A stretch of 32,000 nt of DNA from Sulfolobus acidocaldarius DSM 639 (GTDB taxonomy: Archaea; Thermoproteota; Thermoprotei_A; Sulfolobales; Sulfolobaceae): the NCBI RefSeq assembly GCF_000012285.1, contig NC_007181.1:30001-62000 (forward strand). The letters run 5' to 3'. The translations under genes were made by a program, and so were the position numbers. The notes below the pieces were generated by a model, which worked only from the letters and a program-made list of their open reading frames with translations, was not told where the DNA came from and did not search any database. Shown one piece after another: positions 25,188 through 32,000 of the stretch. Positions within the stretch are counted from its first letter, which is position 1, and each line of letters starts with the position of its first letter.

Positions 25188-25652
25188 TTGATAATTATAT
25201 CTGACGCTAGGGAGGAGGATTTACCTGAAATTTATGATGTAGAATTAGAGAGTTTTGATAATCCTTATCCGTTTTCTTTACTTAGAGCGTATTATTATAT
25301 ATCTGGTGATCTCTTTATCGTTGCTAAAAGCGGTGATAAGGTTATTGGGTATATTCTAGGCATAATACAATTTGGTTATAGGGGACATATAGTATCTATA
25401 GCGGTAAAAAAAGATAAGAGAGGAAGTGGTATTGGCACTAAACTTATCTCTGAACTAGAAAATAGGTTTAAATTAGCTTATCATTGTATCCATTCGTACC
25501 TAGAAGTTTATTATAAAAATATATCTGCTATCAATTTCTATATAAAGAACGGTTATAAAGCAGTAAGGATTCAGAAGGACTATTATGGAAGAGAAAAGCA
25601 TGCCATAATTATGATTAAGAGCCTATACGATCATCAAAATGGCTTTGAGTAA
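25188..25652 (+). CDS. GNAT N-acetyltransferase (RimI/Ard1-like)
   Basis: GNAT motif A is present in IVSIAVKKDKRGSGIGTKLISELE. The start is TTG, and only 22 nt separate it from the divergent pelota start. Confidence 0.78.
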   Translation: MIIISDAREEDLPEIYDVELESFDNPYPFSLLRAYYYISGDLFIVAKSGDKVIGYILGIIQFGYRGHIVSIAVKKDKRGSGIGTKLISELENRFKLAYHCIHSYLEVYYKNISAINFYIKNGYKAVRIQKDYYGREKHAIIMIKSLYDHQNGFE

Positions 25653-25684
25653 ATATTTTATTTAGTTTCTAGTAGATAATCAGT

Positions 25685-28033
25685 GTGTTAGAGGATTTCT
25701 TTGTATTAGACTTTTCATATGATGTTGTTGACAACATCCCCGTTATATTTATTTGGTCTATAGATAGACGAGGTAACAGAGTTACACTAGTAGAGAAGAA
25801 CTTTAGACCATATTTCTACGCTGTGGTAGATGATAGAGAAGATGTATCTAGGGTGATCTCTGAGATAAAGAAACTAAGTAAGCCCTCCTCTCCTATAACC
25901 AATATAGAAATTGAGACTGATCGAAGGTACTTTGGTAATCCTTTAAAATCATTAAAGATAGAGACTGTAGTTCCTGCATATGTGAGGATATATAGAGATG
26001 AGGTATCTAAAATTAAAGGTGTAAAGAATGTACTAGAGGCTGACATAAGATTTTACATGAGATATTCAATAGACAAGGGAATAAAACCGTTTTACTGGAT
26101 TAAGGCTGACGTGGAGGAAATTCAACCGAAGGAGATTTTCAAGGTAAAATCTGAGAAACTGTATTTGATTAAAGACATATTAGAAATATATGAGGCAGAG
26201 GAACCTAGGCTTAAAACCATGGCGTTCAGCATAGAGGTTTATAATAAGTATGGTTTTCCTAACACAAGAAGAGATCCTATTATAGTAATAGGTGTATATA
26301 CTGAAAATGGGTATAAACAATTCATATCCTCGGATTATGACGATATAAATGTAATAAGAGAATTCATAAAGTTTGTAAATGATTTTGAGCCGGATATAAT
26401 TTTTGGTTATAATTCTAATTCGTTTGACTGGAGATATCTTGTAGAAAGAGCAGAATTAAGAGGGATTAAAGTTGCAATAGGTAGGAAAGTTAATAGTGAG
26501 CCTTCACAAGGGGTCTATGGTCATTACTCGGTAACAGGTAGACTAAACGTAGATCTAGCAGGTGTTTTTTGCTCATCTAGAAGTAAGAGTCTAATAGATC
26601 TCGCGGATAATCTGGGTGTTATGCCAAAGAATAAGAGAGAAATATTAGAATGGTATGAAGTACCTAGGTACTGGGATGATAAAAGTAAGAGGGAAATTCT
26701 CCTGAAGCATAACTTATCTAATATAAAATCAATTTATGATATAGGTCAGTCTAATCTCCACTACCTCATCCAACTTGTTAAAGTCACTGGCTTACCTCTA
26801 GATCAACTTTCCATGGCTAGTTCAGGACACAGAATTGAATGGCTTCTGGTTAGGGAGTCCAAGAAATATAATGAATTTATACCAAATAGAGAAGAGAGGA
26901 GAACTGAAGCCTCTGATGAAGGTATTATAGTCCCTCCAGTATCTGGTCTACATAATAACGTCTACATGCTAGATTTCTCGACCATATACCCTTCCATCAT
27001 TTTAAAATATAATATAAGCCCCGACACCCTAGTGAGAGGAGATTGTAGTGATTGCTGGACCTCTTTGAATGGTAATTATAAGTTCAGAAAGGATATTAAA
27101 GGTCTTTATCAAAATGTTCTCTTAAATCTTTCAGCAGAGATTGAAAGAAGAGAAGAAATCATAAAGACTTTAGACCCTGAGAAGAGGAGGAGGCTCGAAG
27201 AAGAATTAAGAGCCTTAAGGTCTATATTAAACTCATTTTACGACTATATAAGGTGGACTAATGCTAGATGGTATGTTAAAGAATGTGCCGAAGGATTATT
27301 TGAATGGGGAAGGGAACTTATCCTACAAATTCTAAAAATCGTTAAGGAGAGCGGTTTTCAGGTAATTTATGCAGACACTGACTTAATGTTTTTTAAAGGC
27401 GAAAATGATCCTAAGAAGTTGGAAGAAGACATAGCCAATAGGTTAAGCCTTAATCTCAAATTTAACAAATTCTATACTAAACTTATTCTATTAGAGGGCA
27501 AGAAACAGTACGCAGCTCTCACCAAAGATAACAAGGTAGATATGGTCGGTATCGAGGATTATAGGAATAATTGGTGTGATCTCGCTAAAGAAGTTCTACA
27601 AAACGTGGTAGACCAGGTGCTGAGAAGCGACAAGATCAACGAAGCTGTAAGATATGTCAAGAGTGTCATATACTCGTTGAGAAGGGGAGAGTTTAAGATA
27701 GAAGATCTTGTTACATGGAATATTATAGATAAGGACATAGAAGAGTACAAGTTTGACTTGCCTCATATTGTTGCCGCTAGAAAAGCTATGAAATCAGGAC
27801 ATTTAGTAACTAGAGGATCTAAGATAGGTTATGTGATAGTTAAGGGTTCAGGTAAGCTTAGTAACAGAGCTGAGCCATATTTTATGGTTAAGGAAAAATC
27901 AAAAGTTGATATTGAATATTATATTGATAAGCAGATAATACCCAGTGCATTAAAAGTTCTGGGGTTATTTGGGGTAAAAGAAAATACCTTTAAATTTGGG
28001 GGAACTGACGTTTTGAATTTTTTTAAGAAATAA
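25685..28033 (+). CDS. dpo3: family B DNA polymerase, PolB3 (Dpo3) type
   Basis: Present: Exo II GYNSNSFDWRYL, motif A DFSTIYPSII, motif B-like ILNSFYDY, motif C VIYADTDL. The size (782 aa) and the position beside archaeal dnaG match the Dpo3 neighbourhood I recall from S. solfataricus. The start is GTG. Confidence 0.88.
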   Translation: MLEDFFVLDFSYDVVDNIPVIFIWSIDRRGNRVTLVEKNFRPYFYAVVDDREDVSRVISEIKKLSKPSSPITNIEIETDRRYFGNPLKSLKIETVVPAYVRIYRDEVSKIKGVKNVLEADIRFYMRYSIDKGIKPFYWIKADVEEIQPKEIFKVKSEKLYLIKDILEIYEAEEPRLKTMAFSIEVYNKYGFPNTRRDPIIVIGVYTENGYKQFISSDYDDINVIREFIKFVNDFEPDIIFGYNSNSFDWRYLVERAELRGIKVAIGRKVNSEPSQGVYGHYSVTGRLNVDLAGVFCSSRSKSLIDLADNLGVMPKNKREILEWYEVPRYWDDKSKREILLKHNLSNIKSIYDIGQSNLHYLIQLVKVTGLPLDQLSMASSGHRIEWLLVRESKKYNEFIPNREERRTEASDEGIIVPPVSGLHNNVYMLDFSTIYPSIILKYNISPDTLVRGDCSDCWTSLNGNYKFRKDIKGLYQNVLLNLSAEIERREEIIKTLDPEKRRRLEEELRALRSILNSFYDYIRWTNARWYVKECAEGLFEWGRELILQILKIVKESGFQVIYADTDLMFFKGENDPKKLEEDIANRLSLNLKFNKFYTKLILLEGKKQYAALTKDNKVDMVGIEDYRNNWCDLAKEVLQNVVDQVLRSDKINEAVRYVKSVIYSLRRGEFKIEDLVTWNIIDKDIEEYKFDLPHIVAARKAMKSGHLVTRGSKIGYVIVKGSGKLSNRAEPYFMVKEKSKVDIEYYIDKQIIPSALKVLGLFGVKENTFKFGGTDVLNFFKK

Positions 28034-29261
28034 TGTCGTTGAAACTTAATAACTCAAGTTCTTTTGGTCTTCTATTTATTCCTCCTATTCGTGCGCCTAT
28101 TAGCATTTTTATGTTTTTGGCTGAAGCTAGGTCCACTAATCTCTGTGTTATAACACCATCAAATACGATGTACCTAATACTATCTGCGCTAATATTTTCT
28201 AGTTTTTGTACTATGTCTCTCACCTGTATTTTTTCAATTATATTCCAATTTTCATCTAGTAAAATTCCCTCTAAAGTTCCTGGTAGTTTCTTTATCTCTT
28301 CTATTATTTGCGCAGGTACCGTTATCTGTATTTCTTTCTTCTCTTCAGGCTTAACTTCAACTTGTATTTGTGTAGATGTAGTTGTAACTGCAGTAGTTGT
28401 AGTCTCAGTAGCAAGTGCTTGTTTTATCGCCTGTTGAGCCTCTTGTTGTTTCTTTATGTATTGCGCTATTGTAACCATATTTGAAAGTGATTTGGCTATT
28501 TCTTTTCCTGTTAGCTCCTCTACTTCTTTTCCTGTAGGTGCTCTAGCTACATAATCCAATTTTATGTTGCTAGATAGCAGTTCTTTTAGTATCAAATCTC
28601 CACCATGATCTCCATCTAAGAATGCTATTACTGCCTTTTTCTGTTTTGTAAGGTCAACAAGAGTTTGAGGTATTTTCCCTGTGGCACCTTCAACTGCAAT
28701 AACGTTCTTATATCCATATCTTAATAGATTTATTACGTCTGCTCTTCCTTCAACTATTATCAGTTCAGGATCCTTGTCTACATCTGGTCCTGCAGGTAGT
28801 CTTTCTGGTCCGTATTCTGTCAACTCTCCCGTCTTTACAGAGGACGTTATTTCATTAATGACTTCTCTTATATCTAAGGTTTTTTCTCTACTCCAACTTC
28901 CTAAAATTTCTTTAGCTCTACCAATTATCTTTTTTATCTTTTCCTCTCTAATGTCAACTATGTCAATTAGTTTGAATTCAGCATTGTATGGACCTACTTT
29001 ATCCACGTTCTCTATCATAGCAGCAACTAAAGCGGTTTCAACTTTATCTAGATTTGAGGGAATAATTATTGTTCCTTCAGATCTTCCCTTACTGGTTGAT
29101 AAATCTACAGATATTCTACCTAATCTACCTTTGTCTTGAAGTTCTCTGAGGTCAAAATCATCGCCAAATAAATTTTCAGTCTGTCCGAAGATCGCACCTA
29201 TAACATCGGGTTTATCCACTATCCCCTCAACATTAAATTTAAACACTATGTTGTATTTCAT
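28023..29261 (-). CDS. dnaG: archaeal DnaG (TOPRIM primase-like protein, exosome-associated)
   Basis: The conserved N-terminus is MKYNIVFKFNVEGIVDKPDVIGAIFGQTENL. TOPRIM motifs IIVEGRADVINLLRYGYKNVIAVEG and LDGDHGGDLI are present. A Thr-rich low-complexity linker (ATETTTTAVTTTSTQ) precedes the C-terminal domain. Confidence 0.9.
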   Translation of the reverse strand: MKYNIVFKFNVEGIVDKPDVIGAIFGQTENLFGDDFDLRELQDKGRLGRISVDLSTSKGRSEGTIIIPSNLDKVETALVAAMIENVDKVGPYNAEFKLIDIVDIREEKIKKIIGRAKEILGSWSREKTLDIREVINEITSSVKTGELTEYGPERLPAGPDVDKDPELIIVEGRADVINLLRYGYKNVIAVEGATGKIPQTLVDLTKQKKAVIAFLDGDHGGDLILKELLSSNIKLDYVARAPTGKEVEELTGKEIAKSLSNMVTIAQYIKKQQEAQQAIKQALATETTTTAVTTTSTQIQVEVKPEEKKEIQITVPAQIIEEIKKLPGTLEGILLDENWNIIEKIQVRDIVQKLENISADSIRYIVFDGVITQRLVDLASAKNIKMLIGARIGGINRRPKELELLSFNDIIS

Positions 29262-29270
29262 TTGTCTTTT

Positions 29271-30356
29271 TCACCTAGTTATACTTTTTTCTATACTTGA
29301 TATCAGATCTACGAATTGTGACTTGGAGCTTATTCTTTTCCTTATAGGGTCTAGTATATCATTTAATTTTCTTGCCGTAGCTAGCTTTAAGTCTAACGGA
29401 TGCAATTTACCTTCAATGAAAATGCGTTCTAGTTCTTCGTATGATTTTATCTCTATGTCTCCACCATACTTGGTGTCTCTCTCTATTTTCAACGTTACGC
29501 CTTGTTCTCCAAAAATTATATATTTGTTTATCTGAAGAACAGGGTTATCGTTTACTACTCCCTTTGGACAGTATGAATTCTTTAGTTTAGACTCAACTAG
29601 TTCTGGTGAGTCATGAATAAATATTGCAGTTTCAGGTTTAGATTTACTCATTTTTATAGTGGCTAAGTAGTCGTCTTCCTCTAGTCCTTCTGTATTCATT
29701 CTTTGTCCTCCCTGGAGACCGACTAGAAGAGGTGTGTGAATTGCAATCACTTTTTTCCTTTGTAATTTTTCTGCCACGTCTCTTGCTAGCATATGGGCTT
29801 TTCTCTGATCCGTACCACCTAAAGCTATGTCAAGATCCTGGAAGAATATGTCAGAAACTTGCATTGCAGGATAAATTAATTTTGAGGTATCAAGCTCAGC
29901 TTCCTCTGATCTCCTCCCCATTATAGTTAGCGCTCTTTTCATTCTTGCGAGACTAGTATTTTTTGCGACTTTTACCACTAAGCTCCAATAATCAATATTC
30001 TCCACTAAGTCTTCTGCGTAAACAACTTTCAATTTACTCATGTCAACTCCAAATCCTTCAAGTACTTCTAATGCGTATTTACCCGCAAGTTTTATTTTCT
30101 CTAGATCTCCTCCAAGCTTATCATTTATCATCGCATGCCAAGTTGCCACGAGAATTGACATGTCTACTCCGGCTTTGATTAAGTCTTTCAGTTTCTGAGC
30201 CCAAATAAGCCAACCGATGTGAAATAAGCCACTTGGTTCAAAGCCTATATAACCCTTTAATTTACTGTTCTCTTCTAACTTTTTTTTCAGTTCATCTATA
30301 GTTATTACTTCATCAGTATTTCTAGTAATTAATTTAATTTTTTCATCTATGTTCAA
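29271..30356 (-). CDS. tyrS: tyrosyl-tRNA synthetase
   Basis: It aligns by eye with archaeal TyrRS: IGFEPSGLFHIGW (HIGH region), YPAMQVSD, LGGTDQRKAHMLARD, KMSKSKP (KMSKS). The start is TTG at 30356. It lies 9 nt upstream of dnaG. Confidence 0.9.
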   Translation of the reverse strand: MNIDEKIKLITRNTDEVITIDELKKKLEENSKLKGYIGFEPSGLFHIGWLIWAQKLKDLIKAGVDMSILVATWHAMINDKLGGDLEKIKLAGKYALEVLEGFGVDMSKLKVVYAEDLVENIDYWSLVVKVAKNTSLARMKRALTIMGRRSEEAELDTSKLIYPAMQVSDIFFQDLDIALGGTDQRKAHMLARDVAEKLQRKKVIAIHTPLLVGLQGGQRMNTEGLEEDDYLATIKMSKSKPETAIFIHDSPELVESKLKNSYCPKGVVNDNPVLQINKYIIFGEQGVTLKIERDTKYGGDIEIKSYEELERIFIEGKLHPLDLKLATARKLNDILDPIRKRISSKSQFVDLISSIEKSITR

Positions 30357-30400
30357 ATAAGCATCCCCTTAAAAAATGAAGGCATAACAAATAAAAAACC

Positions 30401-30751
30401 CTATTCATCGATTATTTGCTTCAAGAATATTACAATCGGGTGCGATTTACCAAGTTTTTCTTCTAGATCATATACGATCAAATCTACATCAATTTCGTTC
30501 TGAATAATTTTCTCGACTAAAGCCTCTGTAAACTTGTAGAAATTAAAAAATTCCTTCTCATCCATCTCCTCTTCGTCATCATCAGTAAACGCAAATTTCA
30601 CCTGATTATTAGTTTTACTCAATTCAGAAACGTCAATTCTAGTGCTAGTATTAATGATAGATTTTAGATACTCATCAACTATTTTTTCTACACATGACGA
30701 GTTATTGCAATATCCTAACTTTTCGAAAATAGAGAAGTAAGCGGGTGGCAT
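30401..30751 (-). CDS. hypothetical acidic protein (116 aa)
   Basis: An ATG ORF co-directional with yjbQ-like and tyrS. It has an acidic run FTDDDEEEMDEKE. No family recognised. Confidence 0.45.
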   Translation of the reverse strand: MPPAYFSIFEKLGYCNNSSCVEKIVDEYLKSIINTSTRIDVSELSKTNNQVKFAFTDDDEEEMDEKEFFNFYKFTEALVEKIIQNEIDVDLIVYDLEEKLGKSHPIVIFLKQIIDE

Positions 30752-30796
30752 TCTGGTAACCCACTAATATTTACATACTAAGTAGTAAAAAAGCTA

Positions 30797-31201
30797 TTAT
30801 TCTCCGATACCCTTTACTAATATACTCCTAGTTCTTGGTCCATCAAATTCTAAAAGAATGACCCTTTGCCACGTCCCTAAATCTAATTCTCCATTGGTTA
30901 TTGGCAAGACCCTGGAGTTCCCAATTATGGAGGAAATAATGTGTGCATGTCCATTATTGTCAATGTTATTATGTTCAAATGTGCCATCAGGTGGAACAAG
31001 TTTCTTACCCCATTCAAGATAATCCTTCATTAAACCACTTTCAGCCTCATTAACGATTAATGCACATGTAGTATGTTTCACAAAAACATATACCACCCCA
31101 TCTTTGATTCCCTTAATGTTTTCCCTTATGTGTTCTGTTATGTCTATACTTTCAAACCTAGATTTAGTTCTAACATTAAACTCATGAGTAACTATCTTCA
31201 T
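30797..31201 (-). CDS. YjbQ/UPF0047 family protein (secondary thiamine-phosphate synthase-like)
   Basis: HTTCALIVNE ... NGHAHIISS ... LDLGTWQRVILLEFDGPRTR matches the YjbQ family pattern. I place the start at ATG 31201 (MKIVTHEF), with an A/T-rich box about 25-35 nt upstream on the minus strand. Confidence 0.85.
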   Translation of the reverse strand: MKIVTHEFNVRTKSRFESIDITEHIRENIKGIKDGVVYVFVKHTTCALIVNEAESGLMKDYLEWGKKLVPPDGTFEHNNIDNNGHAHIISSIIGNSRVLPITNGELDLGTWQRVILLEFDGPRTRSILVKGIGE

Positions 31202-31235
31202 AAGCTTATAATATGTAAGGAAATTATTATATTTC

Positions 31236-32000
31236 ATGGATCTTGAAGGGATTGCTAGAAAATTAATTCCTGATCTAGAGAGCGCTAGACGGAAAATAGA
31301 GGAGGAGATCTCGTTCTACAAGGATAACAGGTATCCTTTCATAAAGGAATTGGTAGACGCAGTAGTTGAAGAGGCAAGGAGATCCCTTGAGGCAGAAAAT
31401 AAAGATAAATTACTTAAGTATCCCGTTACGGGAGTCAGAGCAGGAGAAGCAGGTCTTGGTTCTAGGGGTATAGGTGATCATATAGTTCACGAAAAAATAC
31501 TTCAACTTAGTAAACTAGGGGTATATGAAGACGCAAGAGTCACAGAAGAGGGGATACTTGCCTCAATAGACGGTATCCATTCTAGGCTTTCGTATTTCCC
31601 TTTTCTTGCTGGCTTTCATGCAACGAGAGCATCGTTAAGAGATGTTATGGTGAAAGGTGGAAGACCAATAGGGATACTCATCGACATACATTTATCTGAT
31701 GATAGTGATGTAGGGATGTTATTGGACTTTGAGGCCGGTGTATTATCAGTTGCAGAGTCGCTTAATGTGCCTATTCTCTCGGGTAGTACACTAAGAATTG
31801 GGGGAGATCTTGTAATAGGTGAGAGAATTAGTGGAGGAGTTGGTGCGATAGGTGTGATACATAAAAAGTACTTTGGAAGGAACTCGATTAAGCAGAATAT
31901 GGATATTGTAATGACAGAGGGATCTGGAGGAGGAACGATTGCTACAACTGCAATATATAATGGGTATTACGACGTGGTAAGAGAGACTATTTCTATTAAA
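31236..32000 (+). CDS. AIR-synthase-related (PurM/ThiL/HypE superfamily) protein, 5' partial
   Basis: The frame is open from ATG 31236 to the window end (255 codons, translated by hand). SIDGIHSRL...FHATRASLRDVMVKGGRP resembles the DGxH and A..AL.D..A.GA.P motifs of PurM-like proteins. It is missing from the ORF track because it has no stop in the window. Confidence 0.7.
   Translation, partial: MDLEGIARKLIPDLESARRKIEEEISFYKDNRYPFIKELVDAVVEEARRSLEAENKDKLLKYPVTGVRAGEAGLGSRGIGDHIVHEKILQLSKLGVYEDARVTEEGILASIDGIHSRLSYFPFLAGFHATRASLRDVMVKGGRPIGILIDIHLSDDSDVGMLLDFEAGVLSVAESLNVPILSGSTLRIGGDLVIGERISGGVGAIGVIHKKYFGRNSIKQNMDIVMTEGSGGGTIATTAIYNGYYDVVRETISIK

Overview
This is an AT-rich (roughly mid-30s % GC by eye), very tightly packed crenarchaeal chromosome segment. 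The 66-aa ORF at 18401-18601 matches, from memory, the 7-kDa chromatin protein Sac7d residue for residue. The gene set also fits Sulfolobus acidocaldarius or a very close relative: a herA-mre11-rad50-nurA operon, archaeal-type PEP carboxylase, PolB3 beside archaeal DnaG, an intron-containing tRNA-Trp, and TATA boxes about 25-35 nt upstream of start codons (leaderless style). I call about 33 protein genes, 2 tRNAs, and 2 C/D box sRNAs that the ORF track cannot show. The content is mostly core housekeeping (DNA repair and replication, translation, central carbon metabolism). I see no CRISPR array, IS element, integrase or recognisable defence island, so I cannot point to a clear-cut novel system. 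The items most worth a second look are: (1) a half-size Rad50 paralogue with a CxxC hook exactly at its midpoint and degenerate ATPase motifs, 3.6 kb from the canonical rad50; (2) a small rubrerythrin-like gene built from two nucleotide-identical 141-bp halves; (3) the two C/D box sRNAs, one abutting a stop codon; (4) an overlapping nucleotidyltransferase / unknown / radical-SAM operon; (5) a 544-bp AT-rich non-coding gap and a GC-rich hairpin island in an otherwise gap-free region; (6) a PolB3 with substituted exonuclease carboxylates. All functional calls come from motif recognition by eye. No database search, folding or alignment program was run.
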